Positions 9,566 through 18,747 of a stretch of DNA of 48,218 bases are shown one piece after another. The translations under genes were made by a program, and so were the position numbers. The notes beneath the pieces were generated by a model. The model was not told where the DNA came from. It worked only from the letters and a program-made list of their open reading frames with translations, and searched no databases. How positions within the stretch are numbered: position 1 is the first letter of the stretch; every line of letters starts with the position of its first letter. Source of the DNA: an archaeon GW2011_AR19 (lineage in GTDB: Archaea > Nanobdellota > Nanobdellia > Pacearchaeales > GW2011-AR1); the NCBI GenBank assembly GCA_000806015.1, contig JWKY01000008.1, positions 1-48,218 of the forward strand, in the 5' to 3' direction.

Positions 9566-9620
9566 AAGCAAATAGGAAATTTTCATTCATCCAAATTTCA
9601 GGAAAAAAATAAAATGAAAT
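9561..9620 (+). repeat. Family A unit at a stop/start junction
   Basis: AATGAAA at both ends; contains the stop of the upstream gene and the ATG of the next. Confidence 0.8.
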
Positions 9621-10015
9621 ACGAACCTGCGCCGGACATTCAAATAATTGTTGAAGAACTTTGTGTAAGTTTGTTTCCGCATGTAAAATTGGACAGAGTT
9701 AAATGTTTTAGGAGTTTTGGAACTTCTTCAAGAGGAACTATTGCAAGATGCCACGCTCTCGGAAAATTAATGCAAAAAGCAATTGGGATTGACGCTGTTT
9801 ATGCTTTAGAATTTTTGTGTCCAAGATTTGAAAAATTATCTGAAGAAGATAAAATAAAAACAATTATTCATGAATTAATGCACATTCCTAAAACTTTTGG
9901 CGGAGGATTCAGGCAGCATGATTTTGTTTGCGAAAAAAATGTTGCCCTTCATTACGAAACTTACAAAGCGAAAAAAGCAGACAAGGAAAAAATGAAGAGG
10001 TGGTTTGGAGTATGA
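9614..10015 (+). CDS. Putative metallopeptidase (HExxH)
   Basis: IIHELMHIP..FGGGFRQH. Confidence 0.8.
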   Translation: MKYEPAPDIQIIVEELCVSLFPHVKLDRVKCFRSFGTSSRGTIARCHALGKLMQKAIGIDAVYALEFLCPRFEKLSEEDKIKTIIHELMHIPKTFGGGFRQHDFVCEKNVALHYETYKAKKADKEKMKRWFGV

Positions 10016-10377
10016 ACTTTTATATTAATTTTAAAAATAATAACCTAAAGGTCACAAGAAAAATTAAAATTTCAAATGTTAAAAAACTTTCATGGTTTCA
10101 AAAAGTAATTGGCTTGATGTTTTCATCCAGAGAAAAAGCCAAAGCACTTTTATTTGAATTTGAAAAACCAACAAAAATGAGCTATACTTCTTTGTTTGTA
10201 TTTTTTCCTTTCATAATAATCTGGTTAGATAGCAGTAATAATGTTCTTGATTTTAGAAAAGCAATCCCATTTACATTTAATATTCCGTCGAGAAAACTTT
10301 ATAAAAAAGCATTAGAAATCCCATTTAATAGTAATTACGAGGAGATAATTAAAAAAATTTTAAACTCTCGTCGGTAG
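10012..10377 (+). CDS. DUF192-like protein
   Basis: GLMF..LLFEF..FVFFP..IWLD; start at the ATGA overlap 10012. Confidence 0.7.
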   Translation: MNFYINFKNNNLKVTRKIKISNVKKLSWFQKVIGLMFSSREKAKALLFEFEKPTKMSYTSLFVFFPFIIIWLDSSNNVLDFRKAIPFTFNIPSRKLYKKALEIPFNSNYEEIIKKILNSRR

Positions 10378-10433
10378 AAAAGTTTAAAAAGAAATGAGGG
10401 CATACTTATTCATGCAAAAGGAGGTAAAAAAAG

Positions 10434-10559
10434 ATGGGAAGTATAATTGCTAAAAATATTGTTAAGAGAAAGCCAGGGTTTCTTTACTATGTAGATGGAA
10501 AAGGAAATGTATGTGAAGCTAAAATGGCTAGAGGCGGAAAAAAGAAAAAGAGGAAATAA
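10434..10559 (+). CDS. 41-aa basic small protein (absent from ORF track)
   Basis: GGAGGT RBS, MGSIIAKNIVKRKPGFLYYVDGKGNVCEAKMARGGKKKKRK, followed by a T-rich terminator-like tract. Confidence 0.75.
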   Translation: MGSIIAKNIVKRKPGFLYYVDGKGNVCEAKMARGGKKKKRK

Positions 10560-10650
10560 ATTCAAAAACATTTTTATCTTTTATTTTTTAATTAATTTTA
10601 TTTTTTTATTTTTTAGTTAATTTTATATATTTCTTTTTTCTTTTTGTTTC

Positions 10651-11679
10651 ATGTCAATTATTTTAGGAATTGAATCAACAGCGCACACTTTTGGAATTGG
10701 AATTGTAAAAAATGGAAAAATTCTTTCAAATATTAAAAGCAGTTTTACAACTGAAAAAGGCGGGCTGATTCCCCTGGAAGTTGCTAAGCATCATCGGGAA
10801 AATAAAGAAAGAATTTATTTTGAATCTTTAGAAAAAGCAGGAATCAGCGAGGAGAAAATTGATGCAATTGCTTTTTCTCAGGGTCCTGGATTGGCTCCTT
10901 GTCTGCTTGAAGGAATAAAATTTGCAAAAGAGATTTCATTAAAATTAAAAAAACCAATTATTCCCGTGAATCATTGTGTTGCTCATCTTGAAATTGGTCA
11001 AATAACTGGTGCGAGAGATCCGGTCATGCTTTATGCTTCCGGAGCAAATACTCAAGTGATTGCTTATGCTTCTGGAAAATATAGGGTTTTTGGAGAAACT
11101 TTGGACATTGGCGTCGGTAATTTTATTGACACTTTTGCGCGCTACGCAGGAATTGGTTTTCCCGGAGGACCAGCAATAGAAAAATTATCTTTAACAGGAA
11201 AAACTTTAATTGAATTGCCTTACACAATCAAAGGAATGGATTGCGCTTTTTCAGGAATTTTAACTAATTTAAAACAAAAATTGGAATCTGGGTCCCCAAG
11301 GGATGACTCTGATGAGCCTTCTGGTGAGCCTAATTATAAATTATCTGATTTAGCATATTCAATGCAGGAAGTTGTTTTTGCAATGCTGGTTGAAACTGCA
11401 GAAAGAGCTTTGGCGCACACCGGAAAAAATGAATTGCTTTTAGGAGGAGGTGTTGCATGCAATTCAAGATTACAAGAAATGTGCAAAATAATGTGCGATG
11501 AAAGAGGGGCTAAATTTTTTGTTCCATCAAATGATTTATTAACTGATAACGGCAGTATGATCGCATATTTGGGTGAAATTTTATTTAAAAATAGAGATTT
11601 TATTCTAGCTAAAGATATTGATAAAGTAGACATAGCCCCACGTCAACGAACTGACGATGTAGAAATAAAATATAAGTGA
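10651..11679 (+). CDS. kae1: tRNA t6A threonylcarbamoyltransferase Kae1/TsaD
   Basis: GIESTAHT, GPGLAPCL, NHCVAHLE, GGGVACN, DNGSMIA. Confidence 0.95.
   Translation: MSIILGIESTAHTFGIGIVKNGKILSNIKSSFTTEKGGLIPLEVAKHHRENKERIYFESLEKAGISEEKIDAIAFSQGPGLAPCLLEGIKFAKEISLKLKKPIIPVNHCVAHLEIGQITGARDPVMLYASGANTQVIAYASGKYRVFGETLDIGVGNFIDTFARYAGIGFPGGPAIEKLSLTGKTLIELPYTIKGMDCAFSGILTNLKQKLESGSPRDDSDEPSGEPNYKLSDLAYSMQEVVFAMLVETAERALAHTGKNELLLGGGVACNSRLQEMCKIMCDERGAKFFVPSNDLLTDNGSMIAYLGEILFKNRDFILAKDIDKVDIAPRQRTDDVEIKYK
11293..11331 (+). repeat. Family C in-frame coding repeat (39-bp form, SPRDDSDEPSGEP)
   Basis: TCCCCAAGGGATGACTCTGATGAGCCTTCTGGTGAGCCT inside kae1. Confidence 0.9.
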
Positions 11680-12686
11680 GGCCAATGTGTTTTATCGAAT
11701 TGGATTAATCCTTCTTTTTTGAGTTTTGATAAATAATGATTAACTACTCTTTTGCTTTTTTTAAGATGATTAGCAAATTCCTCCGAGGTTACTTTTTTAT
11801 TCAATTTTTTTAATTCTTTTACATAAAATTCTTTATAGCTGTTTCTTGAAATCTGATTTCTTTTAAAACTACCCATAATCTCTTTCCAAGATTTCTCTTT
11901 TTTTGAATTATAGAACTTTATCCCTATTTCAGATAATTTATTAAAATCTTCCCATCCAGAAATATTTATTTCATATTCTTTATCATTATTTTTTCTAAAT
12001 TTACATCCAATGTCTATTTTATTTAATAATTCTGCCCACTGCTCTAAATATTTTTTGTTTCTCATTCTTACTCTTAATTTCCTGTATAATTGATAATGAT
12101 TAATTGAACCTTCACAATCTATTAACGCGCTAAATGCTGAAGCTATTAACTCGGTGTTTTTAGGAAGCATATATTCTCCTATTTCTAATTTCTTTTTATT
12201 AGCATATTTATCCAGAAATTCTAATAATTTTTTAGTTGGAAACCTTAAATCGCCATATGCCCAACATTCTAAATTTCCTTCACATATTATTTTATCTTTT
12301 AGGTATTTTATATTAATAAGATATATTCTATTATTATAGTTGATTGATATTTTATGATTTTTCTTATAAGGGAGGCTTGTAACAGCTTTTACTTTATTTT
12401 CATCAAAAGGGCTTTTTTCTATGTGAAAATTTAACTCTTTATTTTTCTCAATCAATTTCACCTCTTCTTTTTTTGTATTATTGTTCAGTCTTATTTTAAG
12501 TAATATTCTTTTTCCAACTTTCATACCTAAATTATTTGCTAGTTCTTCAATATGGTTTAGTAAAGGAAGGTCTTTATTCTGAATTGTTAAAGTAAAATTT
12601 TTTGATGACCAATATCCTTTTACTTTGAGTGCTTCAATTAAGTAAGCCGTGTCTTTATTTATCTTAATTTCTGAATAAGCAATCAT
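11643..12686 (-). CDS. Free-standing LAGLIDADG homing-endonuclease-like protein with C-terminal winged HTH
   Basis: SAFSALIDCEGSI motif, degenerate first motif TAYLIEALKVKGY, C-terminal SEEFANHLKKSKRVVNHYLSKLKKEGLI. Confidence 0.75.
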   Translation of the reverse strand: MIAYSEIKINKDTAYLIEALKVKGYWSSKNFTLTIQNKDLPLLNHIEELANNLGMKVGKRILLKIRLNNNTKKEEVKLIEKNKELNFHIEKSPFDENKVKAVTSLPYKKNHKISINYNNRIYLINIKYLKDKIICEGNLECWAYGDLRFPTKKLLEFLDKYANKKKLEIGEYMLPKNTELIASAFSALIDCEGSINHYQLYRKLRVRMRNKKYLEQWAELLNKIDIGCKFRKNNDKEYEINISGWEDFNKLSEIGIKFYNSKKEKSWKEIMGSFKRNQISRNSYKEFYVKELKKLNKKVTSEEFANHLKKSKRVVNHYLSKLKKEGLIQFDKTHWPHLYFISTSSVR

Positions 12687-12729
12687 AGCATAAATAGTCT
12701 ATTAATCTATTTAAATGTTGCTTTTTGAC

Positions 12730-12855
12730 GCAATGATTGGCTTCTTAGGAGAAATTATGTTCAAGAAAGGAATTAAATTTTCTCATAAAAATTTAGATGA
12801 AGTTGATATTTTACCGAGGCAAAGAACTGACGAAGTTCAAATTAATTGGAAATGA
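12730..12855 (+). pseudogene. Second, divergent copy of the kae1 3' end
   Basis: AMIGFLGEIMFKKGIKFSHKNLDEVDILPRQRTDEVQINWK* vs kae1 SMIAYLGEILFKNRDFILAKDIDKVDIAPRQRTDDVEIKYK*. Confidence 0.9.
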
Positions 12856-12896
12856 ACTTCTATTGTGATGGATTTTTTCAAGAATAAAAAATCCTA

Positions 12897-12929
12897 AGAA
12901 CCGACGACGTGGAAGTTTTTTGGAAATAA
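12897..12929 (+). pseudogene. Third, short copy of the kae1 extreme 3' end
   Basis: RTDDVEVFWK*, preceded by hairpin GGATTTTTT-CAAGAAT-AAAAAATCC. Confidence 0.7.
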
Positions 12930-12973
12930 ATAATAACAATAATATTTAAATATCTCATTTTTATTATTAAATT

Positions 12974-14971
12974 ATGAAAAAATTGGCGATAATCTTTGGA
13001 TTATTTTTATTAATGTCTGTTGCATTTGTTTCTGCGCATTATAATTCTGAAAATGATTTAGATAAAAACGGAAAAGTTTCTTTTAGCGAATGGATAAAAA
13101 ATATTTTTGGAAAAATTACTGGGAAAGCATTGGACCAACCTCAACAGGGACCTCTTCCTCTTTGCCTTGACAGCGACGGAGATGGTTATAACTCTACTAT
13201 TGGTGACGCGTGTGGGAGAGTTGTAGATTGCAATGACCTCAATAAGCTAATCTATCCTGGAGCTCCAGAGAATACCACTGCTCTTTGTTCGGACAATTTA
13301 GATAATGATTGTGATTTTGGAAAAGATTGCGCGGATTCTAATTGCAATTTAAAACTTAGTACAGGAGGAAAAACTTGTCAATATGGAACTGAGACAACTT
13401 GTAATGATGTTTTCGACAACGATGCTGATGGAAAAATAGATTGCGCTGATTCTGATTGTAGTTCTTCTTCTTCTTCTTCGTGTGTGCAAGTTGGTTGCGT
13501 GAATGGCGCTACCCAAATCTGCGGGACTACTGATGCTGGAGAGTGTAATAAAGGAGTTCAAACTTGCTCAAGTGGGCAATGGAGTGCTTGCGGAGGTGCT
13601 TATGTAGGTCCTGCAACAGAAATCTGCGGAAATAATATTGATGAGGATTGTAACGGGGTTGATTTGGTTTGTCCTATTACTGCTTGCACAGATACCGACG
13701 CTGGAATAAATTACACTATTGCAGGAAGCGCATATAATTTAACTTTTTTAAATTCTCCAAAACAAGATTATTGCATTAATAATACTCATTTAAATGAAAG
13801 TTCCTGCTCTGTAAATAATGCAGTTATTTCTCAACCTTATAATTGTAAATTATTAGGCGCTGCATATTCGTGCTCTCAAGGAGCATGCTCCTGCAACCCT
13901 ACTTATGTAAAATCCAGCTGTGCAAACGAAATCGCAGTTTTTGAAGACGCAAGCGCCTGTGGCGCTTCTGATTATACTGCGCCTTATGACTGCGACGGAA
14001 ACGGGGTAATTTCAAAACCTTCCTGCATTTCAACAACTGCTGACGTTTCAATAGGAGAAGGAATGGAATTTTTGCCTTTTGATAATTCAATAAATTATTC
14101 AGGCGCGGGTTCGCAAATAGTGCAGGTAGCAGAAGGTTATCAGGGAGTTGAATTTGACTGGAATTTTTCAGCTTCAGAAAAACTTGATTTTTGTGACATT
14201 GAAATTAAAACCTCTTCTCCAACAAATAACTTTGGTTATGTTTTGTTTAATTCAACTCAAAATATCTCCAATAAAATAGTTTATGTTGATAAATTAAATT
14301 CAAGTTCAGGAGCAGTTTGCATAAAAGATGTTTCCGGAGTTGTTTCAGTCAGTGAATTTAGTTCTAATTGTTCTGCAAGCAACGAAGTTTTATTGATATG
14401 TCCCTCCCCAAGGGATGACTCTGGTGAGCCTTCTCCGACTAATTCAATTTATAATTGTGATATTTCAGAGGATAATCTTACATTTATTGTTTGGCCTTTA
14501 AATCATTCTGCAGTTAAAGAGATGTTATCAATTACCGGATTAGTCAGCGACGGAACAGGATGTTTTGAAAATTGGAATTGCACCGAATGGTCTGACGCTG
14601 TTAATCAGTGCGGAACAAAAACTTGCAATGATTTAAATAATTGCGGGACAAATCTTTCAAGACCCTTAGAAATTAAAAGTTGTGTTTTGATTGGAGAGAC
14701 AGAAGGAGACGAATTTGAGACAGGCACAAGTGAAAGTCGGGAATCTAATACAAAATCTGTTCTTTTTATTATCCTTGGAATTGTCGGACTTATTTTAATT
14801 ATTTTTCTTATTTTGCATTTTATGAAAAGAGGAAAATCTGAAGAAGAATTTTCAGAGCCTCCAGCACACCATCAACAAACTCCTCCTCCAAGAAGTCTGC
14901 CTGCTCCTCCTCAAAACAGAGCAGTTCATCATAACCAATATCAACATACTCAGTTAGCTCCTCAGCGTTAG
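12974..14971 (+). CDS. Cys-rich surface protein with putative metal-binding (DxDGDG/DCND/DNDCD) repeats, C-terminal TM and Pro/Gln tail
   Basis: Signal peptide, DSDGDGY..DCNDLNKLIYPGAPE, EICGNNIDEDCNG, hydrophobic anchor. Confidence 0.8.
   Translation: MKKLAIIFGLFLLMSVAFVSAHYNSENDLDKNGKVSFSEWIKNIFGKITGKALDQPQQGPLPLCLDSDGDGYNSTIGDACGRVVDCNDLNKLIYPGAPENTTALCSDNLDNDCDFGKDCADSNCNLKLSTGGKTCQYGTETTCNDVFDNDADGKIDCADSDCSSSSSSSCVQVGCVNGATQICGTTDAGECNKGVQTCSSGQWSACGGAYVGPATEICGNNIDEDCNGVDLVCPITACTDTDAGINYTIAGSAYNLTFLNSPKQDYCINNTHLNESSCSVNNAVISQPYNCKLLGAAYSCSQGACSCNPTYVKSSCANEIAVFEDASACGASDYTAPYDCDGNGVISKPSCISTTADVSIGEGMEFLPFDNSINYSGAGSQIVQVAEGYQGVEFDWNFSASEKLDFCDIEIKTSSPTNNFGYVLFNSTQNISNKIVYVDKLNSSSGAVCIKDVSGVVSVSEFSSNCSASNEVLLICPSPRDDSGEPSPTNSIYNCDISEDNLTFIVWPLNHSAVKEMLSITGLVSDGTGCFENWNCTEWSDAVNQCGTKTCNDLNNCGTNLSRPLEIKSCVLIGETEGDEFETGTSESRESNTKSVLFIILGIVGLILIIFLILHFMKRGKSEEEFSEPPAHHQQTPPPRSLPAPPQNRAVHHNQYQHTQLAPQR
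14405..14431 (+). repeat. Family C in-frame coding repeat (SPRDDSGEP)
   Basis: TCCCCAAGGGATGACTCTGGTGAGCCT. Confidence 0.9.
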
Positions 14972-14992
14972 ATTCTTTTTAGATATTTTTTA

Positions 14993-15054
14993 AAATAAAT
15001 AAAGAAAACAGGAAGTTTTCATTATTCATTTAACAGGAAATAAAATGAATAAAG
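14993..15054 (+). repeat. Family A unit
   Basis: AAAACAGGAAGTTTTCATTATTCATTTAACAGGAAATAAAATGAATAAAG. Confidence 0.8.
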
Positions 15055-15153
15055 ATTTATAAAGCAACTTTTTCTTTACTAAATATCCAATGAGCGATTA
15101 AAAATTCGCGAGGAATTTTTAATTGTTCTTATAACTAAATAGAAATAAAACCA

Positions 15154-15215
15154 AAATGAAAGCAAAAACAGGAAATTTTTGTATTCATTCAAATTTCAGG
15201 AAAAAATTTAAATGA
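15154..15215 (+). repeat. Family A unit supplying the L7Ae ATG
   Basis: AAATGAAAGCAAAAACAGGAAATTTTTGTATTCATTCAAATTTCAGGAAAAAATTTAAATGA. Confidence 0.8.
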
Positions 15216-15517
15216 CTGACATATATCAAATTATTGAAAAGGCAAGAAAGACCGGAAAAATAGAAAAAGGAACTAATGAAGTTACCAAAGCTATTGAAAG
15301 AGGAACTGCAAAATTAGTTGTTTATGCTTCTGATGTTGAGCCAAAAGAAATTGTTCAGCATCTGCCAGTTTTGTGCAAAGAAAAAAAGATTTTATGCAAA
15401 GAAGTTGATAGCAAGCAAAAATTAGGAATTGCAGCAGGTTTGCCTGTTTCAGCATCTTCTCTTGTTGTTATTGAATCCGGCGACGCTGAAAAAGAAATTG
15501 TTGCTCTGAAAAAATAA
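15212..15517 (+). CDS. rpl7ae: 50S ribosomal protein L7Ae
   Basis: KGTNEVTKAIERGTAKLVV.A.DVEP.EIV.HLP.LC. Confidence 0.95.
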   Translation: MTDIYQIIEKARKTGKIEKGTNEVTKAIERGTAKLVVYASDVEPKEIVQHLPVLCKEKKILCKEVDSKQKLGIAAGLPVSASSLVVIESGDAEKEIVALKK

Positions 15518-15622
15518 ATTTTTTTAAGATAAAAATATAATTTAACCAAATGAAAAACAAATTATCAAATACAAAAATTTTTAATAGGAAAATAACAAAG
15601 GAGTTGTTAATAATTTTATAAA

Positions 15623-15931
15623 ATGGGCGGAAGTTCAAAACAACAAAAACAAAAAGAAGATAAACAGCAGCAGCAATCTTCAAAAGGAAGCGAGAGAATT
15701 GTTTTAGGAGAAGCTGTGCCGGCTCTTGTAGAAGAGATTTTAGGAAGGACTGGTTTTAGAGGAGAAGTTACACAAGTTAAGTGTCTTGTTCAGGAAGGCA
15801 AGGATCAGGGACGGTCAATGAGGAGAAATTTAAAAGGGCCTGTGAGAGTTGGAGATGTTTTAATGCTTAGAGAAACAGAAATTGAGGCTCGTAGAATCAA
15901 ACCAAAAGTAACAAAGGGGGCTTATACATGA
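15623..15931 (+). CDS. rps28e: 30S ribosomal protein S28e with Gln/Lys-rich N-terminal extension
   Basis: [37 protein letters not shown]. Confidence 0.92.
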   Translation: MGGSSKQQKQKEDKQQQQSSKGSERIVLGEAVPALVEEILGRTGFRGEVTQVKCLVQEGKDQGRSMRRNLKGPVRVGDVLMLRETEIEARRIKPKVTKGAYT

Positions 15932-16170
15932 TAATTGATTTAGAAATTCCAACAATAGAAAATGGAAAAATTAATTTTTCTAAATTAGAATCTGAATTAG
16001 GAAAGTTTTTTTGCAATGATCCGGAAAATGTTTATGTTAATGTGATGGGAAAAGATAAATTTCTTGTAAAAGAAGTAATGGATAATTTACAACCTTCTTT
16101 TGATTATAAAATTCTTGGAATAGGAAGAAGAAAAGATAATTATTTAATTAAAGTTGGAGCTAAAATATAA
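15928..16170 (+). CDS. hypothetical protein within the r-protein operon
   Basis: ATGA-coupled to rps28e; 80 aa. Confidence 0.6.
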   Translation: MIIDLEIPTIENGKINFSKLESELGKFFCNDPENVYVNVMGKDKFLVKEVMDNLQPSFDYKILGIGRRKDNYLIKVGAKI

Positions 16171-16171
16171 A

Positions 16172-16336
16172 ATGCCAATCTGTTTTTATTGCAAAAAAGA
16201 ATATGATATTCATAGGGGTTTGACTTTTATTTTAGCTGACGGAACAATAAAGCATTTATGTTCCTCAAAATGCAGAAAAAATATGCATATGAAAAGAAGA
16301 AAAGTTCGTTGGATTTCTAAGAAGAAAAAAGAATAA
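16172..16336 (+). CDS. rpl24e: 50S ribosomal protein L24e
   Basis: CFYC..G..DG....LCSSKCRKN..RW; start ATG 16172. Confidence 0.9.
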   Translation: MPICFYCKKEYDIHRGLTFILADGTIKHLCSSKCRKNMHMKRRKVRWISKKKKE

Positions 16337-16467
16337 ATTGCTCACTTCATTTGGATTTATTTATAATTTTACTTTAAACAATTTAATTAAAGTATTAACC
16401 TCATTCTCAATCTTTGCTGTTAGGATAATCTTCTTAATTTCTGCGAGTGAAACGAGCAAGTATTTTT
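16336..16467. repeat. Family D ~130-bp dispersed repeat
   Basis: Shares GGATTTATTTATAAT and TTAATTTCTGCGAG..CA(A/G)GTATTTT with 27539-27675; a similar start occurs at 48190-48218. Confidence 0.65.
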
Positions 16468-16545
16468 AAAAGGAGATATATTCTTGTTTAAAGCAATATT
16501 TAAAAGGTTACCCTACCTAAATTTTTTAGAAATAAAAGGGGTGGT

Positions 16546-18747
16546 ATGGTGTATAAAAAGTATATTAAAAGAGGGGGTAAGTTATTTGGTCCGTATTATT
16601 ATAGAAGTATAAAAAAAGGCGGTAAGGTAATTACTCAATATGTTAAAAACCCAAACGATTTTCCCAAAAAAAAGTTTTCAATTGGCTATAAAAAGATTAA
16701 TAAAAATTTCTTAATTTTGCCGATACTCTTTTTAATTTTAATTGCAGGTTTCTTTATTCTTAAGCCCGTTTTAACCGGTAAGGTAATTCTTTCTGTTGAT
16801 AATTCTTATGTTTCTCAGGAAGCTCTTTTTGGCGAACTAAAGCTGAATTTAGAGCCAAATGAATTTATTCCTGCAGATACAAAAGTTTTAATTAACAATG
16901 AAGAATTTATTTTAAGAAATTTAATAAAAGAAATTCCAAAACCGGGAGAATTTTATGTTTCTGGAACAGAAATTTCCGGGAAAGGAGAGGGCTATGGTTC
17001 AGGAAATCCGGAAGTTTTTTTTGTTTTGAATATTTTGTCTGAGAAAGAGAAGGATAAAGAAATTTCTAAGGGAATTTTAGAAAATGAAACAACAGAATCT
17101 AATGAAGCTGAAGAAGAAACAGAAACAATAGAATCTAATGAAACTAAAGAAGAAATTCCTGCAGAAATAACAACTTCTGAAATTCCTGAAACTGAAGAAT
17201 CCCCAAGGGATGACACTGGTGAGCCTCAAACACCAATAGAAGAAATAGAAGAGACAACTCCGGCAACAGGGCAAATAATTTTGAATTTTTTTAATAAAAT
17301 ATTTTTGACAATTACAGGAAAAACTGCTCTTGAAAATGTTAATGAAGTTTCAGGAAGAGTTTCTAAAGACAAGCCAATTGTTTATGCGCTTGAACAGGGT
17401 CAGACAGCTGAAATAAAAAATTCAAATGAAAAAGTAAATTTGGAAATAATAAACAATACAGCGACTATAACAACGGATTATTCAGGCGAGAGGGCGGAAT
17501 ATTTGATAAATTTGTCTGAATTAAATATTCTTACAGGACAAAATGAATTTGAAATTAAATTAATTTACAACGACACTGAATTTGCTTCTATAGTTAAAAA
17601 TGTTAAATTTGAAAGCAATGAAACAAATATTACCGGGAGCAGTGTGATTTTTGAAAATCTTACAGAAGAGATAATTCAGCATACAGCAATTGCAGGAAAG
17701 CCGGTAAAATGGACAAAAAAAATAAAAGCAGATAGTCGGGAAACAAATGTTCTGCTTCCAAAAGAGGCAGAAAATATTTCGATTTATAAATTGGAGAATA
17801 CAATTGCTGCGGATTTGAATAATTCAATAACCGGAAGTTTGATTTTAAGTTATGAAAAAGAAAATCCTGGTTTTTTTAATAGATTATTTGCTTTTATTAC
17901 AGGAAGAGCAGTAGAGATTATTGAAAGGCAGGAAGAAATTGAAATTAATATCAGCGAAAATGCAAATAGTGATTATGAAATTGAATATTTTACTCCCGGA
18001 CCTGAAATTACAGAAAAAAATATTTCTAATGGAAAAGAGATTGTAATTTCTTCTGAAGTTAATTATGAAAACATTTTAGCATATACGGCTCTTCCCGAGA
18101 ATATTAATTTAGAAGAAATTAAACTTTATCATAAAATAAATGGTTCTACACCCGACGGTGTATCCTCTGGTGAGGTAAGAGTTTTAGTGGATTTTATTGC
18201 TTATACCGAAGACAATAAAATTGTAGAAAATGAAAATGATTTAGATGATGATGTTTTGAATGAAATTGAAAATAAAGTTTTGAAAAAAGAAGAAAATGAA
18301 ATTATGGAAAATAAATCTTTGGATAAACCATACAGGAATATAATTTATGGAGAAGAAATCCAAGAGAAATTAGATTATCAAATTAAAAAAATAAGAACAG
18401 AAAGCAAAGAAAAAGTTTCTTATATTGAATGGATTGTTCCGCATTTGTCAAATCAGACTTATGAACTTATTTTAATTTCAAAAGCAGAACATCTTGACGA
18501 AAATAAAACTTTTATTGAAGATGTTTATGAGCAGGTAAAAGAAAGAGATGGCAATTTTACAAACGAAATTCCTGCAAAACATTACATCAGAGTAACTTTT
18601 GAAAAAAATCTGACAAATGAAAATGATATTACAATTTATGCAAAGGCGGGCTGCAATGGCTCCATAAAAATAAATGAAATAGATGTTCCTTGCGAGATTT
18701 ATGAAAAGAAAATGAGGCTTGATTCCTTAAGAGGTGAAAATGGATAA
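16546..18747 (+). CDS. Large membrane-anchored acidic surface protein
   Basis: Basic N-terminus, TM, repeated (I/L)TG(K/R/S) motifs, Glu/Thr-rich linker. Confidence 0.75.
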   Translation: MVYKKYIKRGGKLFGPYYYRSIKKGGKVITQYVKNPNDFPKKKFSIGYKKINKNFLILPILFLILIAGFFILKPVLTGKVILSVDNSYVSQEALFGELKLNLEPNEFIPADTKVLINNEEFILRNLIKEIPKPGEFYVSGTEISGKGEGYGSGNPEVFFVLNILSEKEKDKEISKGILENETTESNEAEEETETIESNETKEEIPAEITTSEIPETEESPRDDTGEPQTPIEEIEETTPATGQIILNFFNKIFLTITGKTALENVNEVSGRVSKDKPIVYALEQGQTAEIKNSNEKVNLEIINNTATITTDYSGERAEYLINLSELNILTGQNEFEIKLIYNDTEFASIVKNVKFESNETNITGSSVIFENLTEEIIQHTAIAGKPVKWTKKIKADSRETNVLLPKEAENISIYKLENTIAADLNNSITGSLILSYEKENPGFFNRLFAFITGRAVEIIERQEEIEINISENANSDYEIEYFTPGPEITEKNISNGKEIVISSEVNYENILAYTALPENINLEEIKLYHKINGSTPDGVSSGEVRVLVDFIAYTEDNKIVENENDLDDDVLNEIENKVLKKEENEIMENKSLDKPYRNIIYGEEIQEKLDYQIKKIRTESKEKVSYIEWIVPHLSNQTYELILISKAEHLDENKTFIEDVYEQVKERDGNFTNEIPAKHYIRVTFEKNLTNENDITIYAKAGCNGSIKINEIDVPCEIYEKKMRLDSLRGENG
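17200..17226 (+). repeat. Family C in-frame coding repeat (SPRDDTGEP)
   Basis: TCCCCAAGGGATGACACTGGTGAGCCT. Confidence 0.9.

Noticed and set aside
11643-12729. Group I intron or archaeal BHB intron in kae1
   Set aside because: kae1 is complete before the element, the endonuclease ORF is antisense and fills almost all the space, and no ribozyme core or BHB motif was recognisable.
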